Part shown: in pieces, positions 35,674 to 48,160 of the stretch
Numbering within the stretch: the stretch's first letter is position 1
Layout of the letters: each line of letters starts with the position of its first letter
Source of the DNA: Carcharhinus longimanus
Taxonomy: Eukaryota
Reading direction: 5' to 3'
DNA: 64,000 nt
Assembly: GCA_030264375.1 (NCBI GenBank)
Contig: JASCQW010000032.1
Location: 38,451,229 to 38,515,228, forward strand
Made by a program: the position numbers and the translations under genes
The notes under the pieces: generated by a model
Seen by the model: the letters and a program-made list of their open reading frames with translations, nothing else
The model's database searches: none
What the model was told of the DNA's origin: nothing

Positions 35674-36290
35674 TAATATGTAATATACATGTTATATGTA
35701 GCGTAGAATCACCTGTATGAAAACAAACCCACTATTTAAGACAATTTTAAAATCAGTTACTATGTTGCAACATGAATCATTTGATTTGAAAAATATAAAC
35801 AGTGAAATTAAGTTGTTTATAATTTACAAAGATAGCAAAGAAATACTTTAATATGATGGTATCAGTGCACCCAGATCACCAGTATTATCCACCATTTACT
35901 TTTAAAACTGCAGCCAGGTCTCTGTCACAAGTCAGAATACCTTGGTTATTCTTCCATAAAAGTATTTTGGGAAAAAAGTTATATTTAATGTTAAGCTTGT
36001 AAAGGGAAAATGTATTCAGGGAAATTTATTAAAATAGGCAACAATAAAAAGATAGTTAAAGTGCTAATAAGCTAGTTTAGATGTTGTTTCTCATGTACTA
36101 TAAATAATAAATGTAACAATTCTTCTCTGTCCATGTCTCACTCGGTGTCTGCACAGGGTTTGAAATAGTAATCATGCAAAGGTTATCTTGGCGATTTAGT
36201 GTTTGTCATTGCAAGGAAAAATATCGCTTTACGTCAGCATTGTCTGCTGTGTGGTTCATGTCATAATTTCTTGCTTAAATTTTTTTCAAG

Positions 36291-36371
36291 TACCAGAAGT
36301 TCCTAAGAAACCAATTCCCGAGGAAGTTAAAACCATCAGAGTGCCAAGAGAAGAGATTGTTCCAGCTGAAG
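36291..36371 (+). CDS. TTN: TTN PEVK exon (VPEVPKKPIPEEVKTIRVPREEIVPAE)
   Basis: ttcaag|..|gtaaaa, 81 nt. Confidence 0.92.
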
Positions 36372-37353
36372 GTAAAAACAAATTCGTAGAAGATTTTACA
36401 TCAACAATCTTCATCCTTAATCTCTTATTCTTACTATTACAACTATTTTCAAATCTGCTTCTTATTTAAATGTTACATGTATTTTCCATGTCTGTATCTT
36501 TATGCTGGTCACTTCGTCCGTTGCAACCTCATATATTGGCCCAAATCTTGCTGGAATGAGGCATCCTGTTGTGTGCACAATTATTTGTACTTTTTCCTGC
36601 ACCCTTCAGATGAATTGTTTTTTGTCCCATAAATTGCAGAAAGTGCAAGCTGAAAGCATCATGGTTAGGGTAATGAGGCATAATAGGACTTAAGTGAATG
36701 ACAGGAACAACAGTCTATCTTCTTAACCAATGAGACTGGTGTTACACAAACAATCATCATACAGTTAAGAGAGTACTTATGCTGTTAAGTTCCCAGCCCG
36801 AACAATCTGTGCCAATCTTAATTTAAGTTCAAAGTGCAAGTTCCAATAAGGTGTTAAAATAGCAAGGCTGTTGAGGGTAAGATGTGGTTTGTGTGAGTCA
36901 AACAGTGGAGCAAAATGTCTTTAAAAAATCAAGTTATGGCAATTTATAATTCATATCATAACTTTTTTGTGTCTCAATTTTCATTATAACAAAGTATGTT
37001 ATCAGCTCACCATTTTTCCAGGAAAACTTGAGCCAATGCACTTTGCGCATTTCTTTATTATTGTTACAGGAGTAGCTAAATATGTTGATACACTACTATG
37101 ATAGTGTATCAAATAAATGTAAATTTGATCATGAACCTTCACATTTATAGGGAGATTTAATGAATATAAAACATGATAGTAATACAATGTTTGTTAAAAC
37201 AATCTATTCAGCATTTCATGTATGTTAGTTACTTTTATTGTGTATGTTTCATGTTATCGTGTTATGTCATGTTATGTATGTTTTGTACATCTTCAAAGCT
37301 ATATAAATGTTATTGGTTGAATCATAATGATTTAAAAAAAATATTCTTTCAAG

Positions 37354-37437
37354 TTCCGGAAATCCCTAAGAGGACAGTTGTTTAACAAGTGAAACCAATT
37401 ACCACCACAAGAAGAGAAGAGGTCATTCTAACCCCAG
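37354..37437 (+). pseudogene. TTN: PEVK-type exon with in-frame stop (VPEIPKRTVV*QVKPITTTRREEVILTP); pseudo-exon or poison exon
   Basis: ttcaag|..|gtataa, 84 nt; TAA at 37383-37385 where most paralogous exons have Glu. Confidence 0.8.
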
Positions 37438-37602
37438 GTATAAAAATAAGAAGGTGTCAATTGAGTTTATTCTTATATATGAAACCATGTATCATTTCCA
37501 TTGTACTGGAAATGATTCTGACTTCTTTCGGTCATCACATAAATTCTTTCTGAGACACTACTTAGTAGCTTCTTAAAAACAATATTTGTTAAAAAGTTTT
37601 TT

Positions 37603-37864
37603 AAAGTTTATTTATTAGTCACAAGTAAGGCTTACATTAACACTGCAATGAAGTTACTATGAAATTCCCCTACTCAGCACTCTCCAGCACCTGTTCGGGT
37701 CAATGCTTCTAACCAGCACATCTTTCAGACTGTAGGAGGAAATCCAAGCAGATACAGGGAGAACATACAAATTCCACACAGACAGTGACCCAAGCCGGGA
37801 ATCAAACCCAGTTCTCTGGCACTGTGAGACAGTAGTGCTAACCACTGTGCCACCTTGCTGCCCC
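37603..37864 (-). mobile_element. HE1-head SINE with alternative 3' tail (..GTGACTAATAAATAAACTTT)
   Basis: Same tRNA head and V-domain start as HE1, different tail shared with 46841 and ~42383. Confidence 0.8.
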
Positions 37865-39369
37865 AATAGATCACACAAATTCTTACTGAGACACTGCTTT
37901 TGTAGCTTCTTCTTAAAAACATTATTTGTCTTTGTGCATTAAACTAAGTTGTGGTGTTCTGTCATATTGTCATGGTGTTCTAACAAATGTTGTAAAGTGC
38001 TGGAAATATAGCTAAGAGTTGTCCGGGCTCACATGTCCTGACCTTGTGGCCAATGGGTACAGAGAATTTGGCGCTCAGCCAAATCTCCGTTCACAGCAGT
38101 GGGACTGGAGAATCCCAGCTGCCGGAAGAGGTCAGAGAATTCTGGCCATAACCCTTGTGTGATAATATGATAGCAATTGATATTGAATATTCATATTTAC
38201 AATTTACGGTGAGCTTGTGCTGTTTAATTCAAATTATTAAAAATATTAATAACTTTTCAGCGACTACATGCTGACTTGTGTCATTACATTTGGAGATGCT
38301 GGCTGGCATTTTACGGCCCTTCCTGTAAGTGGAATCTTCCCATCCACTGAAGCCCCCCTCCCCGCGCCCCACCCTCCCATTCCCCCCAGCCGTGGCAGAT
38401 TCCCTGATGTCAAGATGGANNNNNNNNNNAATACAGAACAACATAGACATCGGCAGGACTGGAAGATCCCACCAGCTGCCAACTCCACCATCAGAAAATG
38501 CTACTCGTGCAAGAAAATTAATTTTAATGTGAATTAACTTAGTTTGTAAAGAGTTTAATGCATCTTTGCAAAAAGAGGCACATGTAACATTAAATTGGCT
38601 AACATACTTAGATATTTAAACTGAAATGGTAAAGATTTAGTAGACACAACCAAAGCAGAAACAGAAGAGAAGTAAGTTGAAAACAAATGTGTAATTATCG
38701 ATCTTGCAGAAAGAAAGACTTGAAATCTATGGATCCCAACCTAAGAATGTTGTGCTACAAATGACACCATGGCAATAATTTGAGTAAAAACGTTAATTCA
38801 AAAATATACACAACAGTAGTGACCAACTAAAAAATGGAATATAAAATTTTGACTTAAAGCAAATGAGTCAGATAGTCAAATCCCCCTTCTCTGCTCAATA
38901 ATATTTCTTAGCCATGACCTCAAAAGAGCATATTCCAATTTGTTTGTATCAACAATTGAGATTTACGATTTTGTGCCCAACGTGAGACATTTTTCTGCAA
39001 TTGGGTCTGTGTCCATTATAAAACACATTGAAATGTTCTCACTTAATTTCACATATAACATTTAGAACCAAGCACATTCCATTTCTCTGCACTGGGTTTC
39101 AACCCAAATCCCAAAGAATAGAAGGCTGTATCTAACCTATTTCACCATTTGGTCATGAATCTGAGATATTTATGTTTATTTTGCATGCACTTAGATAACT
39201 TCTCTTTATGAATTCTTATGAAAAGTAATTTACTTTATTTCTGTGTCTTGTTCACCTCATATTGTCATCTTTTGTCTCTTGTTAGTTCCATGTTAGCTTG
39301 TTGTTAAATGTTAGCCTATAACTATTTTTGAATTACATCTTAAATTAATAATGTTCTTTAATGTGCCAG

Positions 39370-39444
39370 AATTCATTGAGAAGACCATTCCTGAAGAAAT
39401 TAAACCTGTTCCTGTTCCCAAAAAAGATATTATACCAACCAAAG
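39370..39444 (+). CDS. TTN: TTN PEVK exon (EFIEKTIPEEIKPVPVPKKDIIPTK); ancestral start 39364
   Basis: Canonical taaag is taatg here; in-frame CAG at 39367-39369; donor G|gtataa. Confidence 0.7.
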
Positions 39445-39900
39445 GTATAAAAAGTTTTTTTTTAAACAATCCTGTAAAAGTATTCTGTCTTCAGTTATGA
39501 TCCATGTTACCTTTCGTTGTCTTCTAATATGTTGCAGTGTGTGTTTTCTTTTAGTGTTTCTTGTTAATTGATGATAATTGTCTTCTACATGTTCATAATG
39601 AGTGACAATCTGCTACAATACCATGGCATTCTGTAATTCATGCTTAAAATCTATGTAAATTTGTCTTAAACAGTTTTAACAGAAGTCTAATATTTGTGCA
39701 ATTTGGACTTTAGTCTGTAAGCTTGAACATTCGGATCTTTACTGAATTCAAATATTAAAATTTTTGAATTTAATAAAATTTTAATTATTGCATGATAATT
39801 TGATGACTTACTTTGACAAAAAAAGTGAAAACTTGTCTTTAAGTGTAAGGTCAGCAAAGGAATTATAATTGCGTGAAATATATTTTGTTAACAAACCCTC

Positions 39901-41193
39901 AGGTGGAATTCTTCCATGTTGAGACTAGGTGCTTTGGAGGGTTGCTCGAGCGCACCTGTCCTGCCAACCAGAATGGTGAGATCCCACCTCAGATTCAGTG
40001 CTTGGAATCTCATTAATTATACACAAACGCGCCCCCCTCAATTTTCCTGGTTGTTTGGCAGCTGATTCATCCATTTGCCCTTTGCTGATGAGTTCAAAAG
40101 TCCTGGTGCTATATTTAAACACCGGTCCTGTTCACTCGTATCGCTCTCTCCAGCCCATTTGCCTTCACTGTGCAGGACGTCAGCAACCCAGAGGGAAAAG
40201 GCCAGCAGCTTCAAGAAGAAGTCTTTTCTTTGATTCAACCACTCCCCCTCCACCCCTGAGCCCATCACCTGTGAGGCATCCATGTCCCTCTTTGATCTCA
40301 ACCACCATCTCTGGAGTCTTTATCCATCCCCTTCCAGTAAGTGATTCCTTTGATCCCCTTATTGTGAGCTTTCCATGCAACCTTATTGGGGTCCAGTTTT
40401 CATACCATTGGTCCTCCTTCTGTTGTTTGGCTTCATCATTCATCTTCTTGCCCACTGTTTTGCCAGCCATCCTAAGCCCTGACCATTCCCCTCCACCCCT
40501 CCCACCCTTGTACAGCCCTCCTTCCATATTGCTGTCCTTGTCTTTGTCAGGCTATATCCACTCCATCCCAAACTTCGGAACTTTATTGTGATAGCTGCAT
40601 GAATCCCACAGCACAGTCCTGTAAAGATAAACACTGCTGGATGGCACTGGGGAAAGGAGACCCCTGTACTCCTCAACCCCAGCCTCAGTACTTATCTGAC
40701 CTGGTGATATAGGAGGTTCCAGCAGCATGGTGATGTCCATGGAGTCCAGCTCGGCATGGAGATGGAGGGCAGAGTGGTGTACAGTGCATCAGGAGCAGCG
40801 CAGCACAAGAGCAAAATGTTGCACTGACCCCGAAGTGTCTGGACAACTGAGGACCATCTTATGCACGTCACTAATTAGCAATTGGGTTTGACATCAATGT
40901 AAATTTCCACTGGTATGATGGAAGCTGGAAAGGCCTGATGGGAAGCTGTGGGGGTGGTGGGTTTGCTGTTTGGATGAGAGTTCATGAGATGCAAATGAAT
41001 GCAAATAACATTTGTGCCATTTACCAGCAGGTAGTGCAACCCACTATACTCCCCTCCCCATCCCCCACCCCCATCCTCCTGCCCCATTGGGAGAATTGCA
41101 ACATGATTTTCCTTGGATTTTTTTGTCTTCCACTAGATTCACCACATCCGCCCACCACCAAACCCTCTGGAGCTGGTTGGAAGAATTCCGCCC
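39901..41193. mobile_element. Non-autonomous DNA transposon, 1.3 kb
   Basis: TIRs AGGTGGAATTCTTCCA ... TGGAAGAATTCCGCCC; the same terminus recurs at ~34377. Confidence 0.7.
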
Positions 41194-41385
41194 ATTGCTG
41201 ATATTTGTTATTGTTTAATTGATTGAGTAGTAATACATAACTGATAAAATATATTGAATTGTGATGTCTTGCATTAGTTTCATCTGTCACTTATGCTTTT
41301 TATCTTAACCTCTTTCTACGTATCTTCATTGTCATATAACATACATTCTTAAGTGAATCTGATCTTAAACAATTGTCCTTTAAAG

Positions 41386-41469
41386 TACCAGAGATTCGTA
41401 AGAAGCCAGTAATGGAAGAAGAGAAACCAAGCATTATTCTAGAAAAAGAAGAGATCACTCCAGCAAAAG
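41386..41469 (+). CDS. TTN: TTN PEVK exon (VPEIRKKPVMEEEKPSIILEKEEITPAK)
   Basis: tttaaag|..|gtagag, 84 nt. Confidence 0.92.
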
Positions 41470-43386
41470 GTAGAGATAAATACGAGATGTTTTTGTAACG
41501 TTTTATTCTTCGAAATGACAGCATGTTGTTGCCATTATAATTACAGTTTCTGCATTTTGTGGTCATCTCTTGAACCTCAGTCTTACTTTGGTGCTGTTTG
41601 TTCTGCAGATGTAGACTGTCCTTCTGTTCTTTGTATAAAAAATGTTCTGTTAAAGTGTTGTATATTTGTGCTTTGCATTACAAAACAACCATGCTGGGAA
41701 AGGTTTTTGAATGAGTTAAAAGAAAATTTAAACTTAAACCTGGTGATTCTTCGACCTCACTAATGCAGGCACAAATCCCGTTGTGGCTGGACACTCCCTA
41801 GAGGGGCCATAACGGGATTTGCAACAGGGAGATTTCATTTTGAGATTTTCCCTACTCCCCCCCCCCCATTCCCAGCTGGCGATATAATCTGGTTCATACC
41901 CTTAAATTAGCATGTATTAATAGTGACTTAAGTATTCAGNNNNNNNNNNNNNNNNNNNNNNNNNNNNNNNNNNNNNNNNNNNNNNNNNNNNNNNNNNNNN
42001 NNNNNNNNNNNNNNNNNNNNNNNNNNNNNNNNNNNNNNNNNNNNNNNNNNNNNNNNNNNNNNNNNNNNNNNNNNNNNNNCCCCACCTTAATAGTTAGACA
42101 CATCATTAGACAGAGCCCGAGCACTGCCTCCTTCGCTTATGCCAACCTGCAGGAATTGCATCACATTTACTGCTGGAGAAGACATTTCATCATTTTTTAG
42201 AGAATTATAGCCAAAATATTTCCATTTATACAGAAACTTAAATGTGTAATGAATTCTACTTCAGTTAGTGTTATATTGCTTTGATTTTGAAAAGTTAAAA
42301 TAAAATTATGGGCTAACAAATATACATAAATTGTGAACCTGTAACTCATCCTTTGGCCAGGATTTTTTGCTCACGCTTTTTAAAGTTTATTTATTGTTGT
42401 CACAAATAGGCTTATGTTAACACTCCTGTCAGGCATGTTTGGCAGAGGGCCCAGAAAATCTTACGAGAACTCTCAAATCGTGTTTCACACCGATATAAAT
42501 ACATGACGTGATTGTCCCTTCCATCATTGACATAGCCATTTCCCAACATTGAAAGTTGGGAACATCATTCAAATACATTAACATCTAATTATCAAGCCTC
42601 AACGCCTGAATCAATCTACCTACACCATCAGAAAGTCCATTCACTTTGGGTGGAACCCACCTGGCCTCCCAAGGTGTGTATCTGGCAAGCATCACTTGTG
42701 GGTGAGGGTCCTGCCCGGGCACTTCCAAGCAGTGTCAGGGGCAAAGCCTAAGGAGTGTCAAGCGGAGAAGGGGTTTCATGTGAACTTCTTTGCTTTAAAA
42801 ATGGTGCCACAATCTTCAAAGGACTAAGTTGCTGGTGGGCATGTGAATCAGAGGCCACCCTGCCATTGTTACCTAATAAGACAGGCCTCTTGATTCTTTT
42901 TTCCCCCTATGTCCAACCCTATATGTCAGAGAAAACTGATGTTTCTGTTGGCAGCTTCAACGCTGCTTCTCCAGCCCACCATTGGCCTTTATCAAATTCT
43001 GGGAAATTGCTAGTCTTTTAGTTTTAGCTTGTTGACGAAAGTAACATTGAAGTATATTTTTCTCTGTCTATCTGTGATATTAAAGTAAAATAGATAAATT
43101 AATGACAGTGCAATACAGATTTTTCTTAACCATGCACAGAAGAAACTGTGCCCAATTAATGTAAAACCTCTTTATCGCGGTTGACGTGCAATTGCCTTAA
43201 TAGAGTATGTGTTCATGCAAGTAAATCTCCTTCTGATTTAAAGATCATGTATTTGCAAATGTGCATGAAATCCTATATTTGTATCTCTTGTCATTTGTGT
43301 TTCATGTTGTCTATTGTTTAACATCTTCACAATTATGTGTGTTTTATTGAGTTACTTTGCTCTTAATACACAATTGTTCTTTAAAG

Positions 43387-43470
43387 TGCCAGAGGTTCCT
43401 AAAAAGCCTGTGGCTGAAGAAATGATACCAACCCCTATTTCAAGAAAAGAAGCAGTCATTCCTGTCAAAG
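43387..43470 (+). CDS. TTN: TTN PEVK exon (VPEVPKKPVAEEMIPTPISRKEAVIPVK)
   Basis: tttaaag|..|gtataa, 84 nt. Confidence 0.92.
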
Positions 43471-44009
43471 GTATAAAATAAATAACAATGATTGTTGAAC
43501 GTTGTATGTTATGTTTTTGATTTTTTTTGGTCATTATCTTTTGTTTATTTGTTTGTCTTTTTTGAGATGAAAATAAAACATGTTTAAAATTAACAATTTG
43601 ACTTCCAACTCTTGCGGATGTACCAATATTAGTTACCTTTAGTTTTGCCCAATCTAGTCTGACCAATGATTTGACCTTGACTTGGAAAAATTTAAGATTA
43701 TTTAAATTTAAGTGTGATTGAAAACATTTAAATTAATGCGTGAACTAGAAAATAATTAAACTCATTTGTAAAGACAATTTTTTTTCAAAATTTGTTAGCA
43801 AAGAAAACTTATTACCAATTACTGCTCAATTGCAGTAAACTATGTATATAAGAACTCTAGCTGTCTAACTTATTAGTTTCATTGCACATTCAAGACGTTC
43901 GTGCTAGTGTTTCACTCTCTTAGATGTGTTCATCTGGTCTCAATTAATGTAATATCATGAAAGCTGTGCTTATTTATTTGGGCTAATGAAACAATAATGT
44001 TCTTTGAAG

Positions 44010-44093
44010 TGCCAGAGGTTCCCAAGAAGGCCCCTGTTGAAGAAATTAAAGTAGTTACTGTTCCAAGAAAAGAGGAAGCCCCTCCAGCTGAAG
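44010..44093 (+). CDS. TTN: TTN PEVK exon (VPEVPKKAPVEEIKVVTVPRKEEAPPAE)
   Basis: tttgaag|..|gtacat, 84 nt. Confidence 0.93.
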
Positions 44094-44615
44094 GTACATT
44101 GCAATGGAATGACTTACAATAATTTAGTTTCTAAATAGTGTGACAAAATCTTCATATTATTAAACAGAAAACAGCTTCTATTTTCATAGTCATCCCTGAA
44201 ATCTTTTCGTACCCTTTCTGAAATATAGAATTGATCATCTCTGTTTTTATATGTCAGTCTATTTGTTTTGTTACAACATTGTATTATGTATGTTTTGTTG
44301 ATGTAGTAATAACTCCAGAGTGTAGGGAAAATGATTTTTTTGTTAATTTGATGTCAAATTTGAAAATAATCTGAGACATTTTGATTTGTACAGACTACAT
44401 TGAGAGATTTCCAAAGTTATCAAGAGTATATTTTCAATTAATAAAAACACTCCAACAACATTTATTAGTTCAATACCACCATTCTTACAACATGGATTAG
44501 ATTATTTTATTAGAAAATTTGGACAAAAATGTCTTATTTTTGTCAGACAATAGAATGTGAAACAGTTAAAAACATAATCTATCACAACATGAAAATCATT
44601 TTCGTCTTGATACAA

Positions 44616-44765
44616 GGGTAGGATTTTCCAGCTGTCCTGGCTGGCAAGATATTCTGGTCCTGATGAAGGCAGCGGGATGGGCAGGACATGCAAAATGCCA
44701 CTGACATTTGCGAGCCAGCTCAATTTCTGGAAAACACTCTGAGGGAGGGCAAGAAAATCTCACCC
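44616..44765. mobile_element. Short MITE
   Basis: TIRs GGGTAGGATTTTC ... GAAAATCTCACCC. Confidence 0.6.
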
Positions 44766-44914
44766 AAGTAATGTTCATTCATAAGAAAACATAGATTTAT
44801 GCTAGTTTGTCTACCAATTTGTCATGTTTTCTTGACTTACTGTTTATATGTCTTTGAATTTTTATGTAAGTTCTTTGAATGAATCTTATCTTAAAAGCAT
44901 TATGTCATTTAAAG

Positions 44915-44995
44915 TGCCAGAGGTCCATAAGAAGCCAATAAAACCAGAAGAAAAGCCAACCATTGTTCCAAGAGATAAAGTAGCACCAGCAAAAG
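44915..44995 (+). CDS. TTN: TTN PEVK exon (VPEVHKKPIKPEEKPTIVPRDKVAPAK)
   Basis: tttaaag|..|gtacaa, 81 nt. Confidence 0.92.
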
Positions 44996-45568
44996 GTACA
45001 AAAGTAGAATGACCGTCTTCTAACACAGCGACGTGTGCTCATACCATTAGAACAAAAATAGTTATTTCTATTCCTGGACATGCACTATTCTTCTTCAGAA
45101 CTTTATTTCTAATCCTTCTTGTTATTCTTTGATTATTTATCAATTTGTCAATGAATCTGTAATAACCTTGTGATTCTGAAGCTCATGTTATATCTGTGTA
45201 AATTGTAGAAGTTGTAAGATGCACAGAATTCGGTATAATTTTACAGCATAGAAACAGCCCAGTCAGCATTTGCTTATTATTATCCATTTTAATCACCTCA
45301 GTTATTCTGTATATTGGAAAGTTCTACATTCTGATCATTGAGTGAAGAAGCTCCTTCTAAATGCCTTATTGGGTTTATTCTTGGATATTTTATATTCATT
45401 GTCCCACATTTTGGATTCTCCACAAGTGGAAACACACTATCAAATCCGTTCATAATTAGTCTTTCTTCTTTTAGAGAAAGGAACTCCAATCTGTTCGATC
45501 TTTCTGACATTTGGTTGCATATTTTTCAAATGCAACCAAATAAATCTAAATATTATTTTGAAGATTTT

Positions 45569-45699
45569 GGGTAGGATTGTTAGGCTGTGGCGCCCCAAGA
45601 CTGGAAATTCCCACCTGAGCTCAACGGACTTTGAATCGTCCTCCAAATTTTCTGTCCCGCTACGATTCCCGCAGCAAGCGAGACAGGAGAATTTCGGCC
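45569..45699. mobile_element. Short MITE; relatives in opposite orientation at ~32968-33066 and ~58290-58391
   Basis: GGAAATTCCCACCTGAGCTCAACGGAC vs reverse complement GTCCGTTGACCTCAGGTGGGAATTT at ~33005. Confidence 0.6.
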
Positions 45700-46013
45700 T
45701 TTATTTTATACCAAAGTAGTGTCCCAATGTGTAGTGATCCACCAGAAATAACATTTTAGTCAATTACATGAATGATTATAGTTGAACAAGCCTGGTATAT
45801 TACTATTGGAAAATCTTCAGAATTTTCAAGCCATCAAACAGACATTGACAAATATATACTCTCTTAGTTCACCAAGTAAATGTGTACTGACAGTAGAGAA
45901 AATTCATAGTTTTACGGCAATGTGTGTTTCATATAGTATTGACATATTTTTAAATGTCTTGAATGAAGCATTTTTTGGATTGAACATATCTTAAAATGCA
46001 ATGTTCATTAAAG

Positions 46014-46190
46014 TGCCAGAAGTCGCCAAGAAGCCAGAAGTTCCCAAGAAGCCAGAAGTCGCCAAGAAGCCAGAAGTCGCCAAGAAGCCAGAAGTCGCCA
46101 AGAAGCCAGAAGTCGCCAAGAAGCCAGGAATACCAGAAGACATTAAGCCAGTTGCTGTTTCAAGGGAAAAGGGTGTCATCTCAACAAAAG
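46014..46190 (+). CDS. TTN: TTN PEVK exon with 6 x PEV(A/P)KK repeat
   Basis: ttaaag|..|gtacaa, 177 nt. Confidence 0.92.
46016..46123 (+). repeat. Coding minisatellite, 6 x 18 nt CCAGAAGTCGCCAAGAAG
   Basis: Five identical units plus one variant (GTTCCC). Confidence 0.97.
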
Positions 46191-46840
46191 GTACAAATGT
46201 ACACTGAAACATTGCATACAATCTTTATAGCTTTCTTGCTGTATTATTATATAAATTATTGTCTGTTTATCATGTCTTGCTCACTTGCCAAAGCCTAAAC
46301 TCTTATTTTGGTTCGTTTTGTTGATATGACTGGAATTTGTCATGCCTTTTGTTTGTGAGTTTAATTCTGTGGTCTTCATATAAGTCTTACCTACTTATAT
46401 AGTGCTCGTTTCCATGTGTCATTTGGCATCTGAATTTGTATTTATGTGTTTGTATTGTGATAAGAAGAGGTTTAATTTGTAGTAAAATAATTATTTACTC
46501 ATTTTTAAAATTCAAGAAATAATATGTAAAGTAGCAGGACACCATTGTGACCGTAGAGCGTGGGAGATAAAAGGCAATCATATTATTGATAGTGGGATAT
46601 CTAATTTTGATTAATTGCTAATATTTGGCCTTAAACAATAGATTTGAATACATATTAATATTTAACTAATTACTGCATTTCCCGAGAAATAATCAGTTTT
46701 AGAAATCTGACATGGAAGAAGTACAAACAAAATAATTTTAAATGACAACTTAATTGTTAGGCTAATGAGAATTGTTTATGGTATTCTGAGCACGGTAAAT
46801 TACCGGTGCATTAGGGTCCTTATTCTTAAAAATGCTTCAA

Positions 46841-47103
46841 TGTCACAAGTAGGCTTACATTATCATTGCAATGAAGTTACTTGAAAATCCCCTAGTCGCC
46901 ACACTCCAGTGCCTGTTCGGGAGAATTTAGCATGGCCAATCCATCTAACCATCACGTCCTTCAGATTGTGGATGGAAACCAGAGCACCCGGAGGAAACCC
47001 ACACAGACACACGGAGAACGTGCAGACTCTGTCTGGGAATCGAGTCCGGGTGCCTGGCGCTGTGAGGCAGCAGTGCTAACCACTGTGTCACCGTACTGCC
47101 CCC
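46841..47103 (-). mobile_element. HE1-head SINE with alternative tail
   Basis: GGCGCTGTGAGGCAGCAGTGCTAACCACTG head in reverse; tail shared with 37603. Confidence 0.85.
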
Positions 47104-47337
47104 TAAACATTGTGCCACATATTATGCCTGATATAAGCTCTGCAAATGGATGAATTTTGAATAAACTAATATCTCATATCTTTAGATATAATAGTTATGC
47201 TATTCTTAGAAAAATTATTATTATCCTGTGTTAGATGTGTCTGTGTGTTTCATGTTGTGTTTTCTTTTAAAATTCTCTTCAAAATTATACACGTCTTTTC
47301 AACAAATCACATTCTTAAACAATAATGTTCTTTGAAG

Positions 47338-47421
47338 TTGGGGAGATGCCTCAGATGCCGATTGCCTTTGAAGCTCAACCAGTCACTGTACTGAGGGAAA
47401 AAGAGACCATCACAGTAACAG
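47338..47421 (+). CDS. TTN: TTN PEVK exon (VGEMPQMPIAFEAQPVTVLREKETITVT)
   Basis: tttgaag|..|gtagaa, 84 nt. Confidence 0.85.
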
Positions 47422-47899
47422 GTAGAAAACTACATGGACCTATCATTCTTCTACTTATTTCTTTTTCTATTTTTCATGGCCTTCATGTAAATCATTTACA
47501 TTTTTTGTGTACTCTTTTGCCTCTCAGTTATTCATTTATGAATTTGTGTTCTGCAACTGTAGACCAAATTTTAAGTCTGTGTTGTGTTGACTGTCATATG
47601 AAGAAGTTTTACTTGTTTAAAACATTATTCATTCATATTATGAAATTGAGATATGAATATATGTGCCAAATTATATAAAATGGCACACCATCTTGGCTGA
47701 ACTAGGACTGGAAATGTGAGGAGGGAAATAAAAAAATAGTGAGTGAGTGATTCGAAGTTTGTGTTTGAATCACGTTATAGGAGATAGAAAGGCTTGGATA
47801 AAAACTGCTTACATATTACAAATTAAATATAATTAAAAATTTGGGAGTGTTCAGCATACAGCATGTTCAAATAATTGATCTATGAAACTGCTAAAAAAG

Positions 47900-48160
47900 A
47901 AAAAGGACCTTGCATTTACCTTCCACTTTGGATGTCTCTAAAAGCTTCACAAATGTTTTGAAGGGTAGTCATAAGTAATGAAGGGAAATGTAGCAGCCAG
48001 TTTTCATTCAGCCAAATCCCATTACCAGCTTTGAGATAAATGACCACAAAATTTTTTTTGTGTGTTTGAGAGATAAATATTGGCCACAACAGTGGAGATA
48101 AAAATCTGCTGTTTTTTGAAAAGTACCATGGGATCTTGTATCCAGCTGAATGGGCAGCCT
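47900..48160 (-). mobile_element. Deu-domain SINE (SacSINE1/AmnSINE1-like) fragment
   Basis: GAGATAAATGACCA..GATAAATATTGGCCA..GTACCATGGGATCTT..CAGCTGAATGGGCAG matches the recalled DeuSINE reverse strand. Confidence 0.55.

Noticed and set aside
39998-40591. 197-aa ORF, the longest in the track
   Set aside because: Low-complexity P/S/L sequence inside a TIR-bounded element, with no recognisable domain or splice context.
46016-46123. Short direct-repeat array as a possible CRISPR
   Set aside because: No spacers; the repeats are contiguous and in frame within a titin exon in a vertebrate genome.
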